64,000 nucleotides of DNA, from positions 32,001-96,000 of IMG/VR virus record IMGVR_UViG_2593339225_000003; one strand, given 5' to 3'. Shown here one piece after another: positions 55,329-63,475 of the stretch. The translations under genes were made by a program, and so were the position numbers. Position 1 is the stretch's first letter. Every line of letters begins with the position of its first letter. The notes beneath the pieces are model-generated. The model saw only the letters and a program-made list of their open reading frames with translations. It did no database searches and was not told where the DNA came from. This DNA is from a virus. Taxonomy: Duplodnaviria > Caudoviricetes.

Positions 55329-55401
55329 ACATCGTTAAAAAGAGTTGGTGGTGGGTGTGTTGTTTTTACGACTCCGGACAGCCCGGAAAGACGGGCAATT
55401 T

Positions 55402-55476
55402 GCAGATATGATGTAGCTGGTAGCATATCAGCCTTCCAAGCTGAATGGGCGAGTTCAAATCTCGTTATCTGCTCCA
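55402..55476 (+). tRNA. tRNA-Gly(TCC)
   Basis: TCAGC-CT TCC AA-GCTGA, CCA end. Confidence 0.9.
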
Positions 55477-55653
55477 ATGCTGATTGAGCTGGTGAAAGAC
55501 CTCCCCAACTATAAGGGGTGAACTGTTCGGCTCGTATAATTAGCAGCATAGTTGGTAGCACTACGGTCAAGAAGCTATCCGCGATTGGTGGTTGACGTAG
55601 GGATTTGACAACCAATAACCATCTGACACCTCGGAAAGACGAGGCATATATGT

Positions 55654-55729
55654 GGCGGGTTAGTCAAGAGGTTAAGATACGCGGCTTTCAATCGCGTGAC
55701 GCTGGGTTCAATTCCCGCACCCGCTACCA
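55654..55729 (+). tRNA. tRNA-Glu(TTC)
   Basis: CGCGG-CT TTC AA-TCGCG, CCA end. Confidence 0.85.
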
Positions 55730-55818
55730 TAAGTTCATTTTGAACTTCTTCTCATTAGATAGTTTATTCTTGGATTCGGAATAAATTCATCTTGGCGGCT
55801 CGGAAAGACGAGCAACCT

Positions 55819-55892
55819 GCGGATATGATGTAATGGTAGCATATCAGATTCCCAATCTGATTGTGAGGGTTCAAATCCCTTTATTCGCTCCA
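55819..55892 (+). tRNA. tRNA-Gly(CCC)
   Basis: TCAGA-TT CCC AA-TCTGA, CCA end. Confidence 0.9.
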
Positions 55893-55910
55893 TATAGGTT
55901 GGTGCTGAAA

Positions 55911-56273
55911 ATGATTGAAATAATAATTACATTTGTTGTTCCTATATTACTGAATTTAATAATCATTATTAGTGCAATAATCCAAAATGAAAAAGAGAAA
56001 CAATGTCACGAACACTTACTTCATAGTATTCCACATACTCCTGTTATGGATAAAACTGTGAATGGCGATAGCGATATAAATGAGTTGTTAGAAACTTGTC
56101 TCAAATTGGGTTGTAACGGATTTACTATGAATGAAATGAGAGAGATGCTTAATATAGAGAAAGTTACAAATGATAATATTAGCAAGCCAAAACATTATCC
56201 AACAAATTGTGTGAACTGTGGCGCAGTATTACACGGAAATCAATGCGAATATTGCGGAACGGAATACAATTAA
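55911..56273 (+). CDS. Membrane-anchored protein with C-terminal Zn ribbon
   Basis: Hydrophobic N-terminus and CVNCGA...CEYCG; start moved to 55911 to avoid the tRNA. Confidence 0.6.
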   Translation: MIEIIITFVVPILLNLIIIISAIIQNEKEKQCHEHLLHSIPHTPVMDKTVNGDSDINELLETCLKLGCNGFTMNEMREMLNIEKVTNDNISKPKHYPTNCVNCGAVLHGNQCEYCGTEYN

Positions 56274-56277
56274 ATAT

Positions 56278-56352
56278 GTGGTTGTTGGTGTAACGGTAGC
56301 ACGGTAGCTTGTGACGCTATTAGCGTAGGTTCGACCCCTACACTTCCACCCA
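56278..56352 (+). tRNA. tRNA-His(GTG)
   Basis: GTAGC-TT GTG AC-GCTAT, C discriminator and CCA; acceptor stem has mismatches. Confidence 0.75.
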
Positions 56353-56354
56353 TA

Positions 56355-56429
56355 TGGCGAGATAGTTTAATGGGTAAAGAACACCACCGGAAGGGTGGAG
56401 GCGCAAGTTCGACACTTGCCTCGCCAACA
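56355..56429 (+). tRNA. Atypical tRNA-like gene (5-nt anticodon loop GGAAG)
   Basis: Acceptor TGGCGAG/CTCGCCA, T-arm GCAAG-TTCGACA-CTTGC, ends ACA. Confidence 0.5.
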
Positions 56430-56522
56430 TAAAATTTGTGTGGTGCGTTGCCGAAAAATCGGAGGAAAGCACGATGACCGCGTGGAAAGTCGCGTTGACA
56501 CTTTGGAAAGACAAAGGTATAC

Positions 56523-56597
56523 GCCGATGTAGCTCAGTCAGGTAGAGCAGCGGACGGATAATCCGCGGTGTCGGTGGTTCGATTCCACCCATCGGTT
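56523..56597 (+). tRNA. tRNA-Ile(GAT), G at position 33, no encoded CCA
   Basis: GCGGA-CG GAT AA-TCCGC; canonical D and T arms. Confidence 0.75.
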
Positions 56598-56735
56598 GGG
56601 CTTTAGAAGGTCATACGCCCAACTCACAAGACCTCTCACAGTGATTCGCGACATTGTGGATGCGAAACAAGTGTAATACAACTTGGTTGAGTGCCAAAAA
56701 GTGTTGGGCACCTCGGAAAGACGAGGAGTATACTT

Positions 56736-56811
56736 GTGCGTATAGCAAAATTGGTAATGCACTTGACTTTTAATCAAGAGATTGTCAGTTCGAGCCTGAC
56801 TACGCACACCA
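56736..56811 (+). tRNA. tRNA-Lys(TTT)
   Basis: CTTGA-CT TTT AA-TCAAG, CCA end. Confidence 0.9.
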
Positions 56812-56813
56812 TA

Positions 56814-56982
56814 GACGGCTATTTGTAATCTTCCTTCTATCATTGGACTGTAAATCCGATACCACTCATAGATTGCAAAATTCCCGTTACCTTTTTAGCG
56901 GCTATGTAGAAACTTCCTTCTTCCGTCTCACATACAGAGGTGGATTTCGACCATATGAAATTATAGTTTTTGCAATTCCCGC
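56814..56982 (+). ncRNA. Two Y-RNA-like scaffold ncRNA units (56814-56888, 56898-56982)
   Basis: NNGG-CTA-stem-TTCCTTCT-cargo-stem'-ATTCCC consensus. Confidence 0.75.
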
Positions 56983-57013
56983 GAAATTAAAAAACAAAAA
57001 AGGAGAAAAAGAA

Positions 57014-59248
57014 ATGAATGTATTAAATGAAATTTTGTTGAGAAGAAAAAATCAGCTCATTCTCGAAAATGTAAACCCGGATTATGGACAGACCGACAGT
57101 GAAAAGGCAATGGTCGGCGCAATCCTCAAAAATGTTCAGTCACTTGGATTTACGTTTGCCCGCGATGTGCTTGAAATTCTGTTTCACTATAACCGCGCGG
57201 AGTTAGAGTCATTCTATCGTGACCTCATTCCCGAGTTGAAGAAACTTGTCGGCGCAGACGTTCAGTACAATCCTATGTACCCGAACTTCCCGCAGCAGGT
57301 AATGGAAGCAAGCGATGCGGAACTGTTCATTAACGCCATTATTCATTATTGGTCGTTTGGAACGCTTCTCCCGCAGTACGAGAAGCAGGAAAGACTGCCT
57401 TTAATTGATGACAATAAAATGACGGTTTTATCGACAGGAAATTGCAAGAACGTAGGCGAAATCTTGCAAAATTTGCTTAAATCTCCTACAAATCTGTCTG
57501 AAAATGACAGAAATGACATAGCAACTTGCATAAAAAATATGCCAAATTATGCAGAATTTTTGCCGGACGAGATTCCGCTCAAAGAAAACGTTGCTTTCTT
57601 GGGAAAACTCATTATTGAGCAAACTCCGATTAAAACCAGCCGAAATATCGAAAAATATTTCAAAACTGCGACAGATGTTCTTCGTTTGGTCACTGCATTG
57701 TCTGACGGCGACATCAGCCTTGCGACAAAGACTCAGTACAGAAACCTTCGTCGAGCAGAACGCAGGATTATAATGAACTTACTTGCAAATTGCGGAAATA
57801 TCTTGGAGGATTTGTACTGCTATAAGTATGAGTGGTTGTACATTGGCAAAATGCTCCACGTTGGCGAGTATTGGTATATGAAGAAGTACAACAACGTCAG
57901 AGGTGCTTTCTATACCTTCCGCAACGAGAAGAAGCCTATGTTTATGGCTGGCAAGGTTCAGGCAGCTATTCTCAAAAACGATATGCTTGAGGCGGCAAAT
58001 ATGCTGAAATCAAGACCCGGCGATTTTGCAAGACAGCTTGACAAGTTGCTCAGAGATAGCGATGAAAAGCACATTGCATATATCACGGCTGCGTTTGCGG
58101 AAGTCGCGGAGAAAGTTTCAACTCCTGTTCTGTTGCAGGTCAGAGAACACTTTATCGAGCGCAAGGGCGAGAAAATGCCTATAAGAGTGTTCTTCCCGAA
58201 GGGCAATGTTGCAAAAGCTATGGTTATCCCGAATGACCTGCCGGCAATTTCTGTCACCGCTTGTCAGCAAATTGTTGATACTTGCAACAAGGCTTTGGTC
58301 GCGCAGTTCAAGACGAAAGAGCCTATGGGTAAGGTTTATATCAATCCCGATTTCAAGAACTATCTCGTGCCGTTCAGCCAGAGAAGCGCAAGTTCCGCGA
58401 ATAAAATCGTTGTGCGCGGAAGTAAGTTGCCCATCAATCCAAAGGCAAAAGCTGTTCGCGGATTTATTTGGTGGACAAATATGGGTAGCAATGATATGTA
58501 CGATGGCAGAGTTGACATTGACCTTTCAGCGGCAATCTATGATGAGAATTGGAACTACGTTGAACACGTTTCCTATACTAATCTCCGCTCTAAGAAGTAC
58601 AACGCTTGTCATTCCGGCGACATCACGAACGGCGGGTCTGTAAACGGCGACGGCGTGGCTGAGTTCCTTGATGTGGATATTGATTCCGTTGCAAGAAATG
58701 CAGGAAGATATATCGTCTATCAGGTTTACAGTTTCACAAGGCAGAAGTTCTCTGAAATGCCCAACTGCCGATTCGGTTGGATGGAGCGTGAGGACGTTGA
58801 TAGTGGTGAAATCTTTGAACCAAAGACGGTTGAGATGAAGATTGACCTCACTTCCGAGAGTGACGTTGCAATTCCCGTTATCTTCGACTGCGTGGAGCGC
58901 AAATTCATTTGGTGTGATATGAACCTCCGCATTGCACAGACGAGATTGGGCGGCAATAACCTTGAAAGCAATCTCAAAGGTACAACTGCTACTTGCTATG
59001 CGCTCACTCATTTCAACAAGCCCAATCTGTATGAGTTGGTTTACCTCAATGCTTTTGCAAGAGGTGAGATAACCACCGACAGAAACGCGGCGGATATTAT
59101 CTTCGACAATGATAAGACGATTCCTTATGAGGTTGTCGAAACCGTTGACGAGGTTACGGGATTACCTTCTCGCACACTCCGCGACAAAACGGAAGTTCCG
59201 ATTATAGACAGCTATAACTTCGATTTTCTTGTCGGAGAGCTGTTATAA
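57014..59248 (+). CDS. 744-aa protein: alpha-helical N-region plus TerD-like C-terminal domain (candidate Ro/TROVE-analogous RNA-binding protein)
   Basis: AGGAG RBS at 57001; PMYPNFP, TATDVLR and RPGDFARQLD motifs; C-terminal DIDLSA, HSGDIT and AEFLDVD as in TerD-type domains. Confidence 0.65.
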   Translation: MNVLNEILLRRKNQLILENVNPDYGQTDSEKAMVGAILKNVQSLGFTFARDVLEILFHYNRAELESFYRDLIPELKKLVGADVQYNPMYPNFPQQVMEASDAELFINAIIHYWSFGTLLPQYEKQERLPLIDDNKMTVLSTGNCKNVGEILQNLLKSPTNLSENDRNDIATCIKNMPNYAEFLPDEIPLKENVAFLGKLIIEQTPIKTSRNIEKYFKTATDVLRLVTALSDGDISLATKTQYRNLRRAERRIIMNLLANCGNILEDLYCYKYEWLYIGKMLHVGEYWYMKKYNNVRGAFYTFRNEKKPMFMAGKVQAAILKNDMLEAANMLKSRPGDFARQLDKLLRDSDEKHIAYITAAFAEVAEKVSTPVLLQVREHFIERKGEKMPIRVFFPKGNVAKAMVIPNDLPAISVTACQQIVDTCNKALVAQFKTKEPMGKVYINPDFKNYLVPFSQRSASSANKIVVRGSKLPINPKAKAVRGFIWWTNMGSNDMYDGRVDIDLSAAIYDENWNYVEHVSYTNLRSKKYNACHSGDITNGGSVNGDGVAEFLDVDIDSVARNAGRYIVYQVYSFTRQKFSEMPNCRFGWMEREDVDSGEIFEPKTVEMKIDLTSESDVAIPVIFDCVERKFIWCDMNLRIAQTRLGGNNLESNLKGTTATCYALTHFNKPNLYELVYLNAFARGEITTDRNAADIIFDNDKTIPYEVVETVDEVTGLPSRTLRDKTEVPIIDSYNFDFLVGELL

Positions 59249-59257
59249 TACAATTTG

Positions 59258-60009
59258 GCGGCTAAGAGATTCCATCCTTCTAATGATAGGTTCAACTCCT
59301 GTTGTAAGTGTGGTTTACAATGTAGGAAACTCAATTTCCGCAATTACACTCATTTTTGCGGCTAAGTGCAATCATCCTTCTATTTTTACATAATGAAGAA
59401 AATAATGCTAACCGTCGTGGTTAGCCCCAAAATTTGATTGCACAATTCCCGCGCTTTAATTCACATCCTGCGGCTAAATCATAACATCCTTCTAAAAAAA
59501 GAACTTGCGCTTTAGGCGCGACTAAATACATAAGATTTTGTTACGATAATTTCCGCAAAAAAATTAATGTAAATAGCAAAAAACATATTGACAGAAATAT
59601 CATTCTATGATATAATCTTAAATGTAAGTTAAACAAACTATTGTGGCTAACAAAATTCATCCTTCTACCCGTATGGGAACAAAATTGGTAGTTTGTCTAT
59701 TGAATTTTGAATTTCCACTTTTACATAGTTTAATCGGCTAAGAAACATCATCCTTCTAAAAAGTGTTAATCTGTTTGTCGTGGGTTCGAGTCCCACCACG
59801 CTACGAATGTAGGGTGTAGCTCAGTTGGTAGAGCAACAGCGAAAAGTCGATGTTTCAATTTCCGAACAATAATTGAATTTGGGCGGCTAACGAGTATCAT
59901 CCTTCTTACAGCTCCAAACTGCAATCGCGGGTTCGATTCCCGCTCATCCAACCTTTGGGTGGTGGTCAAGTGGTAAGACAGCAGTTATGTACGATATTCA
60001 AATTCCCGC
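59258..60009 (+). ncRNA. Six Y-RNA-like scaffold ncRNA units (59258-59341, 59358-59452, 59470-59556, 59643-59718, 59734-59865, 59883-60009)
   Basis: Same consensus with fully covarying stems; the last two contain circularly permuted tRNAs. Confidence 0.8.
59588..59616 (+). promoter_or_regulatory. sigmaA promoter inside the ncRNA array
   Basis: TTGACA-17-TATAAT preceded by GTAAATAGCAAAAAACATA. Confidence 0.8.
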
Positions 60010-60034
60010 AAAATAAATAGCACAAAACATAAAT

Positions 60035-60120
60035 GCGGATATGGCGGAATAGGTAGACGCGCGTGATTTAGGTTCACGTGTCCCTGTGGCGTGTGGGTTC
60101 AAGTCCCTCTATCCGCACCA
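60035..60120 (+). tRNA. tRNA-Leu(TAG)
   Basis: CGTGA-TT TAG GT-TCACG, variable arm, CCA end. Confidence 0.9.
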
Positions 60121-60137
60121 AAATTAAGGAGAACCAT

Positions 60138-60428
60138 ATGAAAAAGATTTTGAGCATTATGTTCACGGTAATTGCAATAACTGGTATAATTTTCACTTTC
60201 GCAAGAGCCACAGCGATTGTCGAAAGAGGAAGTCAAGCATTTGGCGGCGAAATGCTCATTCTTTTAATTCCTGTTATCGCGTGGATTGTTTATTGCAATG
60301 TTAATACTACAAAGCAGGAGTTTAAGGATTACAAGTTGACAGATGAAGCCGAGGGCGCGGGTTATATTGCAAATCCTGATTTCGGTGGGTCAATTCAAAT
60401 CACAGACATTAACGAAATTTCGATATGA
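60138..60428 (+). CDS. Small membrane protein
   Basis: AAGGAG RBS; two hydrophobic helices around ERGSQAFGGE. Confidence 0.65.
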   Translation: MKKILSIMFTVIAITGIIFTFARATAIVERGSQAFGGEMLILLIPVIAWIVYCNVNTTKQEFKDYKLTDEAEGAGYIANPDFGGSIQITDINEISI

Positions 60429-60489
60429 TAATCACCTCCTTTAAAGGCAAAGCGGAAAGACGTTTGACAGCCGGATAGACGGCAAAAAT

Positions 60490-60576
60490 GCGGGTGTGGT
60501 GGAATTGGTAGACACATCGGGTTTAAGCCCCGATGGGCGTTTGCCCGTGCAAGTTCGAGTCTTGTCACCCGCACCA
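60490..60576 (+). tRNA. tRNA-Leu(TAA)
   Basis: TCGGG-TT TAA GC-CCCGA, CCA end. Confidence 0.9.
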
Positions 60577-60579
60577 TAT

Positions 60580-60656
60580 GCTCCGATAGCTCAATAGGTT
60601 AGAGCGTTCGCCTTATAAGCGATTGACGATTGGTTCAATCCCATCTCGGAGTACCA
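60580..60656 (+). tRNA. tRNA-Ile(TAT)
   Basis: TTCGC-CT TAT AA-GCGAT, CCA end. Confidence 0.8.
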
Positions 60657-60692
60657 CAAACATAGTCAAAATCATTTAAGGAGAAGTTTGCG

Positions 60693-62159
60693 TTGAGTAC
60701 AGATAAGAAATACTATAAAATTTCACAATATACAATGAAATGCCGACTTTATCCGAATAAAACGGTTGCTAAAGGTTTTGATAAGGCAATTCAAGCTATT
60801 CATTGTTATCATAATTGCCTTTTATACGATATTTTTAATGGAAACATTGAATCTACTGCAAAGCCATATAAGCCAAAAAAGGAATCAAAGCCTGAGAAAA
60901 AGAAAAATGAAAGCGATTTTGATTATCGGCAACGTCTTTACTCTTATGAACAAAAGCAAAAGTACAAAGAGGGCGATATAATTCATTTCCCGAATTTGAA
61001 TTACGCATTTTCCGCAGAGTATAAGAACAAGTTAATCGAAGAACATCCCGTAATCGCTAATGCTCCGGCTTCTGCAATCACAGCAAAGATTGGTCTTATG
61101 TCCGATGTTAAGAAATCGCTCGGCAAACTTCCAATCGAATTTCAGAAACCAAAGTATTATAGCAAGAAAAAGCCAAGACAGAGTTTTTCTTATCAAGATG
61201 TATTAGGTAAATTAGTTGAAACCGATAATAAAAATGTATTGTTTATTAAACTGCCAGAGAAATTTGGCGGCACACGCTCAAATCCTGCAAAGTGTAAAAT
61301 TCGCGGTTGGAATAAAAAAATTCGTTTTGATAGATACGGGGAAATAAATTTTATAGATTATTTCAAATCCAATCCAAACAAAAGGATTACTATTAAAATC
61401 GAAAAGGATAATTGTGGTGATTATTGGATTGTTTTTTCACTGACCAATGTTTATAAGTCAATGGCAAATCCACAAAATACATTTGGTGGTATTGATGTTG
61501 GAATAAAAGATATTGCTATTCTTTCTGATAATACAAAATTTGAAAATCGAAAATTTAAGGATGAAGAAAAACAGCATATTAAATTTTTGAATAGGCGATT
61601 GAGCAGAAGGCAAGGTTGGTCTAACGAAGAATTTAGAGATGGCTATAAGCAGAACAAAGATATGATTGTATCAAAAACATATCAGAGAACACAGCTTAAA
61701 CTTTCTAAATTACACAGAAAAATCGCTCGTAAGAGGGAGAACTATAATCATAATATAACCACAAAGATTATAAATACATATTCGTTCATTGGTATTGAAA
61801 CTCTGAATGTAACTGGTATGTTTAGAAACAGACATTTATCAAATGCTTTGTCGGATGCCGCTATGGGAGAAATTTTGTCAATGCTTAAATATAAAGCAGA
61901 ATGGTATGACAGAATCATTCAACCCATCAGTCAATGGTCGCCATCAAGTAAACGGTGTAGTTGCTGCGGATATATTAGACCAAAGTTGGGCTTACATATC
62001 AGAGAGTGGCAATGTCCAAAATGCGGAACGTTTCACGATAGAGATGTAAATGCCGCAATAAATATTCTTTACTATGCTTTGTTAATTTATTACGGCGAAG
62101 AAAAAGGCAAAGAAATTTTTGAAAAATTGAATAATAATTTTCAATTATTATGTGCATAG
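60693..62159 (+). CDS. CRISPR-associated TnpB/Cas12f-like RuvC nuclease (488 aa)
   Basis: RuvC-I GGIDVGIK, RuvC-II IGIETL, Zn finger CSCCG/CPKCG and RuvC-III HDRDVNAAINI; adjacent anti-repeat and array. Confidence 0.85.
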   Translation: MSTDKKYYKISQYTMKCRLYPNKTVAKGFDKAIQAIHCYHNCLLYDIFNGNIESTAKPYKPKKESKPEKKKNESDFDYRQRLYSYEQKQKYKEGDIIHFPNLNYAFSAEYKNKLIEEHPVIANAPASAITAKIGLMSDVKKSLGKLPIEFQKPKYYSKKKPRQSFSYQDVLGKLVETDNKNVLFIKLPEKFGGTRSNPAKCKIRGWNKKIRFDRYGEINFIDYFKSNPNKRITIKIEKDNCGDYWIVFSLTNVYKSMANPQNTFGGIDVGIKDIAILSDNTKFENRKFKDEEKQHIKFLNRRLSRRQGWSNEEFRDGYKQNKDMIVSKTYQRTQLKLSKLHRKIARKRENYNHNITTKIINTYSFIGIETLNVTGMFRNRHLSNALSDAAMGEILSMLKYKAEWYDRIIQPISQWSPSSKRCSCCGYIRPKLGLHIREWQCPKCGTFHDRDVNAAINILYYALLIYYGEEKGKEIFEKLNNNFQLLCA

Positions 62160-62340
62160 CACTGATAATAAAAGGGTTGCAGGCACAACGCCGCCCTGTG
62201 CGAGCCACAAGTAACCATAAATTATGTGGGAGGTTCGCACCAAGTAGGCATAAGAAATCGGTAGTATATGCTGTAAAATCGGCAATACAAAGTAGATATT
62301 GCTTATGCAATCACTATATATGCGCGAATTGAAATATCAA
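62160..62340 (+). ncRNA. Candidate tracrRNA
   Basis: 62307-62335 (GCAATCACTATATATGCGCGAATTGAAAT) can base-pair along most of the CRISPR repeat. Confidence 0.65.
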
Positions 62341-62355
62341 ACACAATATGTTGCG

Positions 62356-62806
62356 GTTATAACTCACGGGTATATATGAATTGTGAGGCTTAACCGCGAA
62401 GAACTATTCCAACTCAAATGGTTATAACTCACGGATATATGAATTGTGAGTCAAAAGGCTATCAAGTATTTACTCAAACGTCTTGTTATAACTCACGGGT
62501 ATATATGAATTGTGAGCTTTCTTGACACCAATAATTTTGTCGGTTATAAGTTATAACTCACGTGTATATACGAATTGTGAGCACAAATGGCAATCGTGAT
62601 AATGCTGTTTCAAGGGTTATAACTCACGCATATGTATGAATTGTGAACCCATTCTACTGTATATATGAATTGTGAGTAAGAAAGTCAGAGCAACTGCAAG
62701 CAAGGTTTGGTTGTAACTTGCGTATATGTGTGAATTGTGAACTTTCAGAAAATCCTATTACGATAGGTTGACAAACTGCAACTCACGTGTGTATATGAAT
62801 TGTGAG
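62356..62806 (+). CRISPR. CRISPR array, 32-bp repeat GTTATAACTCACGGGTATATATGAATTGTGAG, 8 repeats (one partial)
   Basis: Repeats at 62356, 62421 (30 bp), 62485, 62550, 62616, 62658 (partial), 62710 and 62775; six unique 33-34 bp spacers plus one 10-bp remnant; repeats degenerate distally. Confidence 0.92.
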
Positions 62807-62906
62807 TACCGATACGTTAAATCAAGATATCACAAATAGCAGGACATTGAATAGTGTTTAGGCATTGAGTAGGAATTATCCCGTTGGAGCGGTATTGATG
62901 ACATTT

Positions 62907-62991
62907 GCGAGCGTGACGGAACGGGTAGACGTTGCAGATTCAAAATCTGTTGCCGAAAGGCGTGTGGGTTCGAGTCCCACCGCTCGTACCA
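62907..62991 (+). tRNA. tRNA-Leu(CAA)
   Basis: GCAGA-TT CAA AA-TCTGT, CCA end. Confidence 0.9.
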
Positions 62992-63148
62992 GCCGTTGTT
63001 GTTCGTTGTTCGCAGCGGCGGCGTTGTTGTTGTTGGCAGAGAACGCGGAAAACTCTGTACAAAAAATATCCGACAAAGGGCAGGGAGCAGAGCCTATGGC
63101 GCGGTGATAACTCTATTCCGCGCACTACAAAAGAAAAGGGCGATTTTT

Positions 63149-63418
63149 ATGACCACTTACGAAACAAGGCGAGAATCCAACAAGAAAGTTGACCGGCAAA
63201 AGCGATACAATCAAATCCTGCACATTCTAAAAGGTCGCACGATGACCGCGAAGGAAGTAGCAGTTGAGATGAACAGGCGCGGATTAACGCCGACATCGGA
63301 ACGAAATTTTGCGGCTCCGCGATTAACAGAGCTTGTGAATGATGGCTTGGTTGAAGTAGTTGGTAAAACTGTTTGCGAATATACTTCCAAGAAAGTGGCT
63401 CAGTATAGATTAATTTAG
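63149..63418 (+). CDS. Small winged-HTH protein
   Basis: MTAKEVA...RNFAAPRLTELV..GLVEVVG motif. Confidence 0.65.
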   Translation: MTTYETRRESNKKVDRQKRYNQILHILKGRTMTAKEVAVEMNRRGLTPTSERNFAAPRLTELVNDGLVEVVGKTVCEYTSKKVAQYRLI

Positions 63419-63475
63419 TCCTTTATTATTCATTCATATGAGTTTCGGACGTTCTCACCAAAAACGTCTACACAT

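Noticed and set aside
53990-56843. Short track ORFs across the RNA island (for example 54007, 54123, 54295, 54407, 55069, 55322, 56338, 56538)
   Set aside because: They overlap tRNA, tmRNA or ncRNA genes, lack an RBS and have non-protein-like composition
56843-57013. N-terminal 57-aa extension of the 801-aa ORF in the track
   Set aside because: It overlaps two ncRNA units; a good RBS (AGGAG) precedes ATG 57014
59258-60009. GGCTAA...TCCTTCT units as a CRISPR array or plain tandem repeat
   Set aside because: The conserved parts are split around variable self-complementary stems and unit length varies from about 75 to 130 nt; this is structural RNA conservation
60693-62159. Ordinary IS200/IS605 or IS607 TnpB insertion
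   Set aside because: No TnpA or evident IS ends nearby; the adjacent anti-repeat and spacer array fit a CRISPR effector better
62388-62774. Self-targeting CRISPR spacers
   Set aside because: I noticed no protospacer in this window by eye; an alignment is needed to exclude it
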